From contig VGBH01000004.1 in NCBI GenBank assembly GCA_016870575.1, positions 1 through 56,646 of the forward strand: 56,646 bases of DNA. Reading direction: 5' to 3'. Below the pieces are notes generated by a model, which was not told the DNA's origin, did no database searches, and was given only the letters and a program-made list of their open reading frames with translations. The position numbers and the translations under genes are program-made. Positions within the stretch are counted from its first letter, which is position 1. Every line of letters begins with the position of its first letter. Below are positions 1 through 10,920 of this stretch, in pieces. This DNA comes from Actinomycetota bacterium. GTDB taxonomy: Bacteria > Actinomycetota > Actinomycetes > S36-B12 > UBA5976.

Positions 1-2
1 TC

Positions 3-671
3 GTTGATGTTGTGCTCAACTTTGATGGAGATCGGCATACCAGCTTACGAATACTTAGATCAGTTAAGAATAGATATGGTGCAACAGATGAAATTGGTTG
101 TTTCGACTTAGCAGAATCAGGTCTGATTGAGGTAGCAGATCCAAGCGAACTGTTTCGCACTAGCCGAAAACAACCAATTGCTGGGACTTGTCTAACTGTA
201 AGCATGGAAGGTCAGCGCCCACTGATTACCGAACTGCAAGCATTAGTCGCCACTTCATCACTGGTTTCACCCAGACGAGCAACTAGTGGAGTTGACTCAT
301 CACGGGTTTCAATGGTACTTGCAGTATTGGAGCGAAAAGCGGGAATCAAAGTTGCTAAAGACGATTGTTACGTAGCAACAGTTGGTGGCTTGAAGATTGT
401 TGAACCTGCCGCGGATTTAGCTATCGCACTTAGTGTTGCAAGTGCTGCTAAAGAAAAACCAATCAATCCAAATTTGATTGCAATTGGAGAAATTGGTTTG
501 ACTGGAGAAATACGTAAAGCAACTAATATCAATCGCAGACTTGCTGAAGCAGAACGCTTAGGAATAAAGCACGCGATCATACCTATTGGTACTAAATACC
601 AAGGGAAATTAGAATTACATCAAGTCGAAGATTTAGTAGATGCGATCTCTATCTTCAATCAATTAAACTAA
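3..671 (+). CDS. radA: DNA repair protein RadA/Sms, C-terminal part (5' end outside the window)
   Basis: Frame open from the window edge (VDVVLNFDGD...). LRSVKNRYG, MEGQRP, EPAADLA and GEIGLTGEIR motifs of RadA. Confidence 0.96.
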   Translation, partial: VDVVLNFDGDRHTSLRILRSVKNRYGATDEIGCFDLAESGLIEVADPSELFRTSRKQPIAGTCLTVSMEGQRPLITELQALVATSSLVSPRRATSGVDSSRVSMVLAVLERKAGIKVAKDDCYVATVGGLKIVEPAADLAIALSVASAAKEKPINPNLIAIGEIGLTGEIRKATNINRRLAEAERLGIKHAIIPIGTKYQGKLELHQVEDLVDAISIFNQLN

Positions 672-672
672 A

Positions 673-705
673 AACACCCGAACACTTGCAGCGTATTCGG
701 GTGTT
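673..705. terminator. Probable bidirectional intrinsic terminator between convergent radA and clpC
   Basis: Inverted repeat AACACCCGAA (673-682) / TTCGGGTGTT (696-705) with A-rich and T-rich flanks. Confidence 0.75.
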
Positions 706-719
706 CTTACTTAATTAAT

Positions 720-3224
720 CTATTCGGCAGAACTTCCAGCTGGTTCTATTGGTGGGATGTCAGGAAGTTCTCCTTTTGTGGCACCAGTGAATGTAAATGT
801 TGCACTTTCATCTTCACCTTGAGTGTCTACGACTACCAATTGCCCAGGAACTAACTCGCTAAATAGAATCTTTTCGCTCAGCACATCTTCAATTTCACGT
901 TGAACTGTGCGACGTAACGGCCTTGCGCCATGCAATGGGTCATAACCCTTCCTTGCAAGTAAAGATTTAGCGGATGCAGTTAACTCAAGACCCATATCTT
1001 TATCTTTCAAACGCTCATCAACTTTAGCAATCATCAAATCAACAATATTGACAATTTCTGCTTCAGTTAGCTGATGGAATACCACAATATCATCTATGCG
1101 GTTTAAAAATTCTGGTCTGAAGTGTTGCTTTAACTCTTCATTTACTTTTAACTTCATTCGCTCGTAATTTGATTTATCATCATTTACATTCGCAAAGCCA
1201 AGGCCAGCGCCCTTCATAATGTCCCGTGATCCAAGGTTTGTCGTCATAATGATTACTGTGTTCTTAAAATCAACAATTCGTCCTTGAGCATCTGTTAGCC
1301 GGCCATCTTCAAGAATCTGCAGTAAGGAGTTAAATATGTCTGGATGAGCTTTTTCTATTTCATCAAACAACACAACTGAGAATGGGCGACGGCGAACTTT
1401 TTCAGTTAGCTGCCCGCCTTCTTCATAGCCAACATATCCTGGAGGTGAGCCAAATAAGCGAGACACGGTGTGTTTTTCAGAGTATTCACTCATGTCTAAC
1501 TGAATCAGTGATGACTCGTCACCAAATAAAAATTCAGATAGCGCTTTACTCAACTCAGTTTTTCCAACACCAGATGGGCCAGCAAAAATAAATGATCCAC
1601 CAGGTCGTTTTGGATCTTTTAGACCTGCGCGAGTACGACGAATTGCCTTACTTAAAGCAGTAATTGCATCATTTTGACCAATCACGCGCTTGTGTAATTC
1701 ATCTTCCATTCGCATTAATCGCTGTGACTCTTCTTCAGTTAACTTCACAATTGGAATTCCAGTTGCCGTTGCTAGTACCTCAGCAATCAACTCTTCATCT
1801 ACTTCAGCTACCACATCCAAGTCGCCGGACTTCCACTCACGTTCACGCTCTGCTTTAGCAACAATTAGTTGCTTTTCTTTGTCTCGCAGCGATGCGGCTT
1901 TCTCAAAATCTTGAGCATCTATCGCGCTCTCTTTTTCACGTCGAGCTTCAGAAATTCGTGCATCAAATTCGCGTAGATCTGGTGGAGCAGTCATTCGACG
2001 GATTCTTAGTCTAGATCCAGCTTCATCAATTAAATCAATTGCTTTATCTGGCAAAAATCGATCATTGATGTATCGATCAGCTAGTGTGGCTGCAGCAACT
2101 AATGCACCATCAGTGATCGTGACTCGGTGATGTGTTTCATAGCGGTCACGCAGACCTTTTAGAATCTCAATGCTGTGCGCAAGTGAAGGTTCAGCAACTT
2201 GAATCGGTTGGAATCTTCGCTCCAGTGCTGCATCTTTCTCAACGTGCTTTCGATATTCATCTAAGGTAGTAGCACCAATTGTTTGCAATTCACCTCGTGC
2301 CAACATCGGCTTAAGAATGCTGGCTGCATCAATTGCACCTTCAGCTGCACCCGCACCAACAAGTGTGTGAATCTCATCAATAAACAAAATAATGTCACCA
2401 CGAGTTCTAATCTCTTTTAGAACTTTCTTTAGTCGCTCTTCAAAGTCACCACGATATCTAGAGCCTGCAACTAACGCACCTAGATCTAACGAATAGATTT
2501 GCTTGTCTTTCAAAGTTTCTGGAATTTCACCGCGAACAACATTTTGAGCAAGTCCTTCAACAACTGCAGTTTTACCAACACCTGGTTCACCAATTAATAC
2601 TGGGTTGTTCTTAGTTCGGCGAGATAGAACTTGCATGACTCGTTCGATTTCTTTTTCTCGACCAATCACAGGATCTAATGCACCCTCACGAGCTGCTTGA
2701 GTGAGGTTAAGACCAAATTGATCTAGAACTAAAGATGTAGAAGGGGTGCCTTCGGCAGGGCCACCAGAAGTTGCTGGTTCTTTACCTTGATATCCGCTTA
2801 GTAATTGAATGACTTGTTGACGAACTCGATGTAGATCAGCGCCTAACTTAACCAGGACCTGAGCTGCAACACCTTCGCCTTCGCGAATTAGGCCCAGCAA
2901 AATGTGTTCAGTTCCTATGTAGTTGTGTCCCAATTGCAGTGCTTCGCGAAGAGATAATTCCAAAACTTTTTTTGCACGTGGAGTAAATGGGATATGACCA
3001 CTAGGTGCTTGTTGTCCTGGACCAATAATTTCTTCAACCTGTCCACGCACTTGTTCAAGTTTGATATCTAATGCCTCAAGCGATTTAGCTGCAACGCCTT
3101 CACCTTCATGAATCAAGCCCAACAAAATGTGTTCAGTTCCGATGTAGTTATGATTCAACAGTCTTGCCTCTTCTTGGGCAAGCACAACTACTCTTCGAGC
3201 TCGATCAGTAAAGCGTTCAAACAT
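720..3224 (-). CDS. clpC: ATP-dependent Clp protease ATP-binding subunit ClpC
   Basis: [22 protein letters not shown]-terminus, two Walker A motifs ([16 protein letters not shown]), UVR coil; AGGAG RBS upstream. Confidence 0.98.
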   Translation of the reverse strand: MFERFTDRARRVVVLAQEEARLLNHNYIGTEHILLGLIHEGEGVAAKSLEALDIKLEQVRGQVEEIIGPGQQAPSGHIPFTPRAKKVLELSLREALQLGHNYIGTEHILLGLIREGEGVAAQVLVKLGADLHRVRQQVIQLLSGYQGKEPATSGGPAEGTPSTSLVLDQFGLNLTQAAREGALDPVIGREKEIERVMQVLSRRTKNNPVLIGEPGVGKTAVVEGLAQNVVRGEIPETLKDKQIYSLDLGALVAGSRYRGDFEERLKKVLKEIRTRGDIILFIDEIHTLVGAGAAEGAIDAASILKPMLARGELQTIGATTLDEYRKHVEKDAALERRFQPIQVAEPSLAHSIEILKGLRDRYETHHRVTITDGALVAAATLADRYINDRFLPDKAIDLIDEAGSRLRIRRMTAPPDLREFDARISEARREKESAIDAQDFEKAASLRDKEKQLIVAKAEREREWKSGDLDVVAEVDEELIAEVLATATGIPIVKLTEEESQRLMRMEDELHKRVIGQNDAITALSKAIRRTRAGLKDPKRPGGSFIFAGPSGVGKTELSKALSEFLFGDESSLIQLDMSEYSEKHTVSRLFGSPPGYVGYEEGGQLTEKVRRRPFSVVLFDEIEKAHPDIFNSLLQILEDGRLTDAQGRIVDFKNTVIIMTTNLGSRDIMKGAGLGFANVNDDKSNYERMKLKVNEELKQHFRPEFLNRIDDIVVFHQLTEAEIVNIVDLMIAKVDERLKDKDMGLELTASAKSLLARKGYDPLHGARPLRRTVQREIEDVLSEKILFSELVPGQLVVVDTQGEDESATFTFTGATKGELPDIPPIEPAGSSAE

Positions 3225-3325
3225 TCGGCATCTCCTACGCTGTTTCTATGCCCAGATAGTAGGCGCAAAACTCATTTTCCACGACTGCGGGTGGGCGATA
3301 ACCTGTGCGCCTAGGCTTACCCCTG

Positions 3326-6031
3326 ATGAACTCCCTAACTCCAGGGCACGGACCCTCTGAAATGAGCATTGGCGCTGCAATCGCCCAATCTGATGCGCTT
3401 CGGGCCGACATCCGAATGCTCGGACGAATGTTGGGAGAGACTTTAATCCGGCACGCAGGTAAAGATTTATATGACAAAGTTGAAGTTGTTCGTTCGCTGT
3501 CGGCGGAACAACCTGACAAAGTTTTTGACTTTCTTTCACATGAGCCAGCAGAAACCGCTATTCCGCTTGCTCGAGCCTTCTCGCTCTATTTTCACCTTGC
3601 GAATATTGCCGAACAGGTTCACCGTGCAAAAGCCATGGTTAAAGCACGAAGTGAATTTGGTGGATGGCTCAAACGAGTAGAAAATAAAATTAAATTAGCC
3701 AATCTGCCAACCGAAATGATTCAAGAGACTTTTTTGCGACTTAAAGTTAGGCCAGTTTTCACAGCTCACCCAACAGAAGCAACTCGAAGAACAATTTTGG
3801 TAAAACTTAGGTTTATTGCAAATCTTCTTGATTTACCTGAATCTGCAACTAGGCAACAACGATTAGCAGAAACGATTGACTTGCTTTGGCAAACAGATGA
3901 GCTTCGCTTGGAAAAACCGGAAGTTTTGGACGAAGCAAGAAATGCACTATTTTATTTTGATGCTCTAACCAAAGGGCCGCTTACTGAAGTGCTCGACGAA
4001 TTGAATGCAATTGCAAAAGCATTAAATGTTGAGATACCTGCAACAAATCAACCACTCTCGTTAGGAAGTTGGATTGGTGGAGATCGGGATGGTAATCCAT
4101 TTGTTACACCCGAAGCCACTTGTGAGGTAGTTGAGATATCTCGCCGCACAGCTATTTCTGAATTTGATCGAATAGCTAAACGACTTTCAGATCAATTGAG
4201 TTTAAGTGAACGGCTTAGCAAAAACACAAGCGAATTAATCAAATCTTTAGAAGCTGATTTAGCAAATCTTGCTATTGAAGATAGGTATAGACGACTTAAT
4301 GCAGAGGAGCCATACCGACTAAAGACAATGGTGATGCGAAAGAAGTTGGAAAACACTCAAAAGCGCTTAAGTGATGGAATAGATTTAGATGGCGTCACCG
4401 ATTACCGAACATTCAAGGATGTCATTTTCGATTTAGAAATTTTGCAGCGCTCGCTGGTAGCTACAAGCTCACTTGCAGCTACTGGTTCCATCGATCGCTC
4501 TATTAGAACTGTTTCCGCATTTGGCAGCACCTTGGCAACACTAGATGTCCGCGAACACGCTAGTGCTCATACTCAGGCAGTTGCAGAATTCTTACCTGAC
4601 TTTTCTAAATTAGAAACAGAAGATGACAGATCAAAATACTTGTTGAGTAGTTTAGAAAAAAGAAAGTCACCTAGCCTTTCGGAAAGTGCAGCAAAAACCT
4701 TTAATACATTTAAGTCAATTTCAGAGATTAAATCTCGCCATGGTGAAGAAGTCATTGAGTCTTACATCATCTCCATGACAAAAGGGGTTGATGATGTATT
4801 GGCAGCCGTTTATCTAGCTACTCAAGCTGGTTTGATTGACCTAAAGAAAAAACATTGCCAAATTGGTTTCGTTCCACTTTTTGAAACGGTTCGAGAGTTA
4901 AAGCTTGCAGGTGATTTGCTCAATCAGATGTTAGAGATTCCTCAGTATCGAGAAATGATTGAACTACGAGGTAACTCACAAGAAGTGATGTTGGGTTATT
5001 CAGATAGCAATAAAGATGCGGGTATTACTACTTCACAATGGCAGATTCATCAAGCGCAACGAGAGTTGCGAGATGTTGCAAGCAAACACGGGGTAAATCT
5101 CATTCTCTTTCACGGACGAGGTGGCACCGTTGGTAGAGGTGGTGGACCGACTTACGAAGCAATTATGTCCCAAGCCGCAGGTGTTTTAAATGGACAGATA
5201 AAACTCACTGAACAAGGTGAAGTAATTAGTGATAAATATCTTTTACCTAAATTAGCACAAGAAAATCTCGAATTGCTCGTTGCCGCAACCATCGATGCGT
5301 CTCTACTGCATCGCGATCCCACAACGTCTAATGAAGAACTATCCAGATGGGATCCAATAACTGATGCCATCTCGGATGCAGCATTTAAAAAATATCGCGA
5401 TTTATTTGATCACCCATTGTTACCTTCATATTTTCATCAATCAACTCCAGTTGAACAATTGTCTGCTATGCATTTAGGCTCACGTCCATCTCGAAGGTCT
5501 AACAAAGATGCTGGTGTTGGTGATTTAAGAGCAATTCCTTGGGTTTTTGGGTGGACACAATCCAGACAAATCGTCCCAGGTTGGTTTGGTGTTGGCACGG
5601 GAATCGCTAAAGCGCGCGAAATGGGTGTTGGTGATGAGTTACGAAATATGCACAACAACTGGTCTTTTATGTCTAACTTTCTATCGAATGTTCGAATGAC
5701 CTTGGCAAAAACAGATATGGCTATTGCAGAACGATATGTAACTAAGTTAGTTGCTGATGAAGAGCAGGAATTGTTTGAGGTAATTAAATCTGAGTATGCT
5801 GAAACTGTAAAACAAGTTCTATGGGTAACTGGGCTAACCGAGTTGTTATCTGATCAGCAAGCACTCGCACAGACACTTCTAATAAGAGATCGTTACCTAC
5901 TTCCTCTCCATATGCTGCAAGTAGATTTGTTAGCCCGTCAGCGAAATACTTCTGATTACAGCCCACATTTATCAAGAGCTCTATTAACTACCATTAATGG
6001 TATTGCTAGCGGTCTTAGAAATACTGGTTGA
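3326..6031 (+). CDS. ppc: Phosphoenolpyruvate carboxylase
   Basis: VFTAHPTE, SWIGGDRDGNP, VMLGYSDSNKDAG, FHGRGGTVGRGGGP, LRAIPWVFGWTQ, C-terminal LRNTG. Start uncertain (ATG 3326 or 3362). Confidence 0.97.
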   Translation: MNSLTPGHGPSEMSIGAAIAQSDALRADIRMLGRMLGETLIRHAGKDLYDKVEVVRSLSAEQPDKVFDFLSHEPAETAIPLARAFSLYFHLANIAEQVHRAKAMVKARSEFGGWLKRVENKIKLANLPTEMIQETFLRLKVRPVFTAHPTEATRRTILVKLRFIANLLDLPESATRQQRLAETIDLLWQTDELRLEKPEVLDEARNALFYFDALTKGPLTEVLDELNAIAKALNVEIPATNQPLSLGSWIGGDRDGNPFVTPEATCEVVEISRRTAISEFDRIAKRLSDQLSLSERLSKNTSELIKSLEADLANLAIEDRYRRLNAEEPYRLKTMVMRKKLENTQKRLSDGIDLDGVTDYRTFKDVIFDLEILQRSLVATSSLAATGSIDRSIRTVSAFGSTLATLDVREHASAHTQAVAEFLPDFSKLETEDDRSKYLLSSLEKRKSPSLSESAAKTFNTFKSISEIKSRHGEEVIESYIISMTKGVDDVLAAVYLATQAGLIDLKKKHCQIGFVPLFETVRELKLAGDLLNQMLEIPQYREMIELRGNSQEVMLGYSDSNKDAGITTSQWQIHQAQRELRDVASKHGVNLILFHGRGGTVGRGGGPTYEAIMSQAAGVLNGQIKLTEQGEVISDKYLLPKLAQENLELLVAATIDASLLHRDPTTSNEELSRWDPITDAISDAAFKKYRDLFDHPLLPSYFHQSTPVEQLSAMHLGSRPSRRSNKDAGVGDLRAIPWVFGWTQSRQIVPGWFGVGTGIAKAREMGVGDELRNMHNNWSFMSNFLSNVRMTLAKTDMAIAERYVTKLVADEEQELFEVIKSEYAETVKQVLWVTGLTELLSDQQALAQTLLIRDRYLLPLHMLQVDLLARQRNTSDYSPHLSRALLTTINGIASGLRNTG

Positions 6032-6541
6032 TTAACTTTCTGGAAGCAAAAGCAGCATTCGAGCATTGCCAAGAGTATTAGGCTTAACGCGATCCAAATC
6101 AAGAAATTCAGCAACTCCCTCATCTTCAGACTTCAACATTTCTAAGTAAATATCGTGATCAACAATTGGGCCATCTGCTGGCTTAAATCCAAAACTGCTG
6201 AAAAAATCCACTTCAAACGTTAAACAAAATACTCTTCTTATCCCCAAACTCTGCGCCTTCTTGAGCAAATGGCTAACTACAGCGCGTCCAACTCCAGTTC
6301 TTCTTAAATCAGGTTTCACTGCAACACTTCGGACTTCAGCAAGGTCTTCCCAAAGCACATGTAGCGCCCCATACCCAACTGGTTCACTATCAATTTCTGC
6401 TATCACGAACTCTTGAATATCTTCATAAATAGTGATTACTTCCTTGCGCAACATTCTTCGCTCAGGTGAATAACGACCAATGAGTGACAAAATAAAAGGC
6501 ACATCAGAGGTTCGTGCTGGTCTTATTAAAACGCTACTCAT
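6032..6541 (-). CDS. argA: Short amino-acid N-acetyltransferase (actinobacterial ArgA type, GNAT fold)
   Basis: GALHVLWEDLAEVRSVAV, RVFCLTFEVDFF, VAEFLDLDRVKPNTLGN; usual position near lysS and clpC. Confidence 0.85.
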   Translation of the reverse strand: MSSVLIRPARTSDVPFILSLIGRYSPERRMLRKEVITIYEDIQEFVIAEIDSEPVGYGALHVLWEDLAEVRSVAVKPDLRRTGVGRAVVSHLLKKAQSLGIRRVFCLTFEVDFFSSFGFKPADGPIVDHDIYLEMLKSEDEGVAEFLDLDRVKPNTLGNARMLLLLPES

Positions 6542-8039
6542 ACAAAATTGGCTTCACTAATGGGAAAAGTATGGTTTCACGAATTCCTTTACCAGTTAAG
6601 GCCATCAACAATCGTTCAATCCCCATGCCCTGACCACCAGCTGGTGGCATGCCATATTCCAAAGCACGAATAAAATCTTCATCCATTCGCATAGCCTCAT
6701 CATCGCCTGCTGCCTCTAACGCTTGTTGTGCCTTGAACCGATCTCGTTGATCATGTGGATCATTCAACTCGGAATAACCAGTTGCTAGTTCAAAACCAAA
6801 TGTCACTAAGTCCCATTTCTCGGCAAGTAATTTGTTTTCTCGATGTGCCTTAGTTAACGGCGAAACAGATTGCGGAAAGTCAGTATAGAAGGTAGGTAAT
6901 ACAGTTTTCGCTTCTACTAGATGTTCATACAATTCAAGAATTATTTGCCCACTATCCCAATCTGGCTTTAAAGCGATTTGTAACTTGTTTGCCAAATTCT
7001 TCAGCTTTTCAATATCAGAATTTATTGAAACTTCTTCACCAACAGCATTGCTTATTGCAGTAAGGACAGGAATAGATTCCCAACCTTTTGCCAAATCATA
7101 TTCAACTATTACACCATTTTCATTTTCATGACTGACAACTGCAGATCCATAAACAGCTTTCGCAGCATTTATCACTAGCTCTTTGGTCAAATCCGCCATA
7201 GTTCGATAGTCGCCAAAAGCCTCATACATCTCTAGCATTGTAAATTCTGGATTATGCGATGAATCTGCACCCTCGTTACGAAAATTTCTATTTATTTCAA
7301 AAATTTTCTCCATACCGCCAACAAGTAATCTCTTTAAATAAAGCTCTGGCGCAATTCGCATAAACATTTTCATGTCATAAGCATTTATATGTGTGACAAA
7401 AGGTCGTGCATTGGCACCACCGTGCATAACTTGTAGCATGGGAGTTTCAACTTCAGTAAAATCTTTCTTGCGTAGTTGCTCTCTAATGCTTGCAACTGCA
7501 TCGCTACGTAACTTCACTAATTTTTTAGATTCGGGCCGAACAATCAAATCTAAATATCTTTGTCTAACACGTGCTTCTGGATCTGCTAAACCTTTGTGTT
7601 TATCAGGTAACGGGTGCAAACATTTTGCTGTCAACATCCATTTGCTTACTCGAACGGTTAGCTCTCCACGTTTAGTTGTGACAACTTCCCCTGTTGCGCT
7701 GATTTGATCACCCAAATCAATAAAGTCTTTCCAGCTTTCAAGAGCATCTTCACCTGTTACATCAGCCGTTAACATAATTTGAATATCATCACTACCATCA
7801 CGAATTGTTGCAAAAATAAGTTTGCCAGCAATGCGATTTAACATTACGCGACCAGCAATTGACACAATATCGCCTGTTTGTTTATCTGGTTCTAATTCAT
7901 TATGAGTAGAGCGGACTTGAGAAATATGGTGGGTGCGCGGTGCATTATGAGGATATGGTTCTAAACCAGCTGAACGAAACTTGATTAACTTATCAAGACG
8001 AATCTGTGCCTGTTCGTCAAGCTCATAGTTGTGGTCCAT
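6534..8039 (-). CDS. lysS: Lysine--tRNA ligase (class II)
   Basis: OB-fold anticodon domain, GGANARPF, FRNEGADSSHNPEFTMLE, YGMPPAGGQGMGIERL. Confidence 0.97.
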   Translation of the reverse strand: MDHNYELDEQAQIRLDKLIKFRSAGLEPYPHNAPRTHHISQVRSTHNELEPDKQTGDIVSIAGRVMLNRIAGKLIFATIRDGSDDIQIMLTADVTGEDALESWKDFIDLGDQISATGEVVTTKRGELTVRVSKWMLTAKCLHPLPDKHKGLADPEARVRQRYLDLIVRPESKKLVKLRSDAVASIREQLRKKDFTEVETPMLQVMHGGANARPFVTHINAYDMKMFMRIAPELYLKRLLVGGMEKIFEINRNFRNEGADSSHNPEFTMLEMYEAFGDYRTMADLTKELVINAAKAVYGSAVVSHENENGVIVEYDLAKGWESIPVLTAISNAVGEEVSINSDIEKLKNLANKLQIALKPDWDSGQIILELYEHLVEAKTVLPTFYTDFPQSVSPLTKAHRENKLLAEKWDLVTFGFELATGYSELNDPHDQRDRFKAQQALEAAGDDEAMRMDEDFIRALEYGMPPAGGQGMGIERLLMALTGKGIRETILFPLVKPILYE

Positions 8040-8068
8040 TGGATTACGTTATCTCGATTTCAGTCCAA

Positions 8069-8821
8069 TTAGTTGCGTTCAAATACTAAACGCAGGCCTT
8101 CTAGGGTTAAGTCAGGCTCAAGATGGGTGATTGTCGAGCATGCTTCGACCACTGTGCTAGCTAATCCTCCAGTTGCTACGACTGCTTTAACTGGTCCAAT
8201 TTCAGAAATTATTTGAGTTACTAATCTATCTACTTGTCCAGCAAATCCAAAATAAGCACCGGATTGCAAAGCCTCAACGGTATTTCTTCCGACCGCAGCT
8301 CTTGGTTTTTGTAATTCAATTTTTCTAAGCGCGGCTGCTCGATTAGCTAATGCATCAATACTGATCTCAATACCTGGAGCTAGGGCACCTCCGATGAAAT
8401 CACCATTTGCATTAATCACATCTAGATTTGTTGATGTGCCAAAATCAACCACTATTGCAGGTCCACCATGTCTATGAAAAATTGCAAGTGAATTCATAAT
8501 GCGGTCAGTTCCAACCTCTTTAGGATTGTCGGTTGAGACTGAAACACCAGTCTTGATTCCTGGTTCAACTATAACTGTCTTAATTTCGGAGTAATCTCGT
8601 TTAATCATTTCCCGCATTTCACGAAGCACACTTGGAACCGTGCTACACAAAGCAATGCCAGTTATCTGAGGTGAGTTCGCGGTGAGCGCCTTTATCTGAA
8701 TTGCATATTCATCAGCTGTGGCGTAGGCATCGGTTTTAATCCGCCATGACCTAGTTAGAGACTCGCCGTCATACAGACCCAAAACGATATTGGTATTGCC
8801 CACATCAATTGCAAGTAACAA
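8069..8821 (-). CDS. coaX: Type III pantothenate kinase
   Basis: LAIDVGNTN, EVGTDR, VVDFGTST, VATGG motifs. Confidence 0.95.
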   Translation of the reverse strand: MLLAIDVGNTNIVLGLYDGESLTRSWRIKTDAYATADEYAIQIKALTANSPQITGIALCSTVPSVLREMREMIKRDYSEIKTVIVEPGIKTGVSVSTDNPKEVGTDRIMNSLAIFHRHGGPAIVVDFGTSTNLDVINANGDFIGGALAPGIEISIDALANRAAALRKIELQKPRAAVGRNTVEALQSGAYFGFAGQVDRLVTQIISEIGPVKAVVATGGLASTVVEACSTITHLEPDLTLEGLRLVFERN

Positions 8822-8829
8822 AAATCCCC

Positions 8830-9636
8830 CTAGTTGAGCGCAATATTATCGAGTAGGCGGGTAGTTCCGATACGAACCGCCACCACCAATCGCTCTTTGC
8901 CTAAATCTTCACAATGATTCGGCATTTTTAATCTAATTGCATAATCAATTGCCGCTTCTTGAATTCCAACGCTAAACAAGAGTTTTTTGAAACTTGTTTC
9001 TGGATCTGGATTTAACGCGGCTCTATTTAAAGCTTTATTGATTTCAGCTGCGAGCACTAATTCAGTTGAAGATAGATATTTATTTCTACTACTTAATGCG
9101 AGTCCTGATTCATCTCTAATTGTTTCAACCGGAACAATAGCTAACTTAGGCCATTTTTCTATAGTCATTTCTCGCACTAAAATTAATTGCTGTAAATCTT
9201 TTACGCCAAAAATTGCATGTGTTGGTTGCACTAATTCAAATAAGCGATTCACAATGGTTAAGACTCCATCAAAGTGACCTGGCCTGAATTTTCCTTCAAG
9301 AGTATTGCCAAATTCTGGACTTATCAATCTAACTAGTTCATCTGAAAGTAACTCCTCAGCACTCGGGAACCAAATTACATCTGCCCCATACTCTTGAGCA
9401 GTTTTAATGTCTTGCTCATAAGTTCTGGGGTATTTTGAGAAGTCTTCATTTGCACCAAATTGAAGTGGATTCACAAATACCGAAACGATAACTTCACCAC
9501 TAGTGTTTGTAATCGTACGTGCTACTCGAATAAGTTCACCGTGACCTGAATGTAAAGCACCCATCGTCGGAACCAATATTCGAGGTAATTTGCTAAGTTC
9601 AGATTTTAACTGTGCAATACTTTGTATTACTTTCAT
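8830..9636 (-). CDS. panC: Pantoate--beta-alanine ligase
   Basis: VPTMGALHSGH, SVFVNPLQF, RPGHFDGV, FGVKDLQQ, GLALSSRN, RLLDN. Confidence 0.95.
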   Translation of the reverse strand: MKVIQSIAQLKSELSKLPRILVPTMGALHSGHGELIRVARTITNTSGEVIVSVFVNPLQFGANEDFSKYPRTYEQDIKTAQEYGADVIWFPSAEELLSDELVRLISPEFGNTLEGKFRPGHFDGVLTIVNRLFELVQPTHAIFGVKDLQQLILVREMTIEKWPKLAIVPVETIRDESGLALSSRNKYLSSTELVLAAEINKALNRAALNPDPETSFKKLLFSVGIQEAAIDYAIRLKMPNHCEDLGKERLVVAVRIGTTRLLDNIALN

Positions 9637-10082
9637 TTATCATCTCTCTTATCTGGCACTGAACATATTCGCTCAAGCCAAACAGAGACAGCAGTTAGCG
9701 CTAGAGCTGAAAGTGCTGTTCCAGCCAAAATCTGAATTCGATCTTGGTTAGCCTCAGTTGGTGGAGTCATTAAGTAGCTAACGAGTACTCCGATTGATAT
9801 TCCAGCAAGAATTGCTCCACTATGACTTCCTGCCAACGCGAGCACTGCCGTTCTTGCAGATTGAATTGGGGTAAAAGTACGCGCTGGACCAATCACTCGT
9901 TTTCTTGCAAGCAAAGTCCAAATTGCAATTGTCAAAGCTAAGCTGAAAGTTACAATTAAAAGGTTTATGGGAAATTCAATGAACACTTGCATTTGTTGAT
10001 AAAGTACAAAAGAAAGAACACCTGCTAACCAAGCAGAAAACAGAGCGATGAAGATTATCTTCCTTGTTTTTGTTGGTCTCAT
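9633..10082 (-). CDS. DUF3180-family membrane protein
   Basis: Four hydrophobic segments, LALAGSHSGA and WLERICSVP; syntenic position after folK. Confidence 0.8.
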   Translation of the reverse strand: MRPTKTRKIIFIALFSAWLAGVLSFVLYQQMQVFIEFPINLLIVTFSLALTIAIWTLLARKRVIGPARTFTPIQSARTAVLALAGSHSGAILAGISIGVLVSYLMTPPTEANQDRIQILAGTALSALALTAVSVWLERICSVPDKRDDK

Positions 10083-10567
10083 AGTCTTAACTCCGAAACT
10101 TTAACAACACCCTGATCATCTAATCCATTGCTGAGATTTGCAATCAACCCATGTTCCCCAAGTTGTGCTTCTGGATCAATTTCCATCCAAGGAATTAAAA
10201 CAAATTGTCTCTTGTGCGCCCTAGGATGAGGTAATGTTAAATTTTCCTCTTGTATTGATAAGTCTTCATAACTAATTATGTCAATGTCGAGTGTGCGAGG
10301 TCCATTCTTTATCGAGCGTTCACGATTTGCCAAAGCTTCAATTGCGCGAAACTGAAACAATAACTCTCTAGCTTCAAATCCTGTTTCTATTTCAAGCACT
10401 ACATTAAAGAAAGTAGGTTGATCTAAATTTACTTGTGGTGCAGTTTCATAAATTGATGAAGCCTTAATTATTTGGGTATTTGGTAGATTTGTTATTTTAT
10501 CTAATGCGAACTGCAAATAACCACCTTTGTCACCAAGATTAGAGCCAATTGAAAGTATGGCTTTCAT
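10079..10567 (-). CDS. folK: 2-amino-4-hydroxy-6-hydroxymethyldihydropteridine diphosphokinase
   Basis: LSIGSNLG, GPRTLDIDII, LPHPRAHKRQFVL. Confidence 0.96.
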   Translation of the reverse strand: MKAILSIGSNLGDKGGYLQFALDKITNLPNTQIIKASSIYETAPQVNLDQPTFFNVVLEIETGFEARELLFQFRAIEALANRERSIKNGPRTLDIDIISYEDLSIQEENLTLPHPRAHKRQFVLIPWMEIDPEAQLGEHGLIANLSNGLDDQGVVKVSELRL

Positions 10568-10920
10568 TTTTTGGTCTTATTCACAATCACAACTACATCT
10601 TCAATACCCATAGAACGAGCGGCTGCTGGCTTGTGAACGCTTACTTCAACCTCATTTACTGGATTGAATGTCAAACACATGTCAGCAATTTGATTAGCTA
10701 GCGTTTCTAGTAAATCATATTCGTTGTTAGCGATAACCTCACGTACTTGTTGAGTGACAAGATCATAATCAACCGTCTCATTTATCTGATCTGCTAATGA
10801 AGTGCGATTCAGAAGCATTAAGATATCAACTTCGAATTTTTGTTTGTTTATCTTTTCATGTGCATAAACGCCGTGGCGGCCATATTCACTAATTCCAATT
10901 AGTTTTATTTTTTCACTCAT
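10564..10920 (-). CDS. folB: Dihydroneopterin aldolase
   Basis: GRHGVYAHEK, TVDY, LLETLA, VHKP; lies between folP and folK. Confidence 0.94.
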   Translation of the reverse strand: MSEKIKLIGISEYGRHGVYAHEKINKQKFEVDILMLLNRTSLADQINETVDYDLVTQQVREVIANNEYDLLETLANQIADMCLTFNPVNEVEVSVHKPAAARSMGIEDVVVIVNKTKK

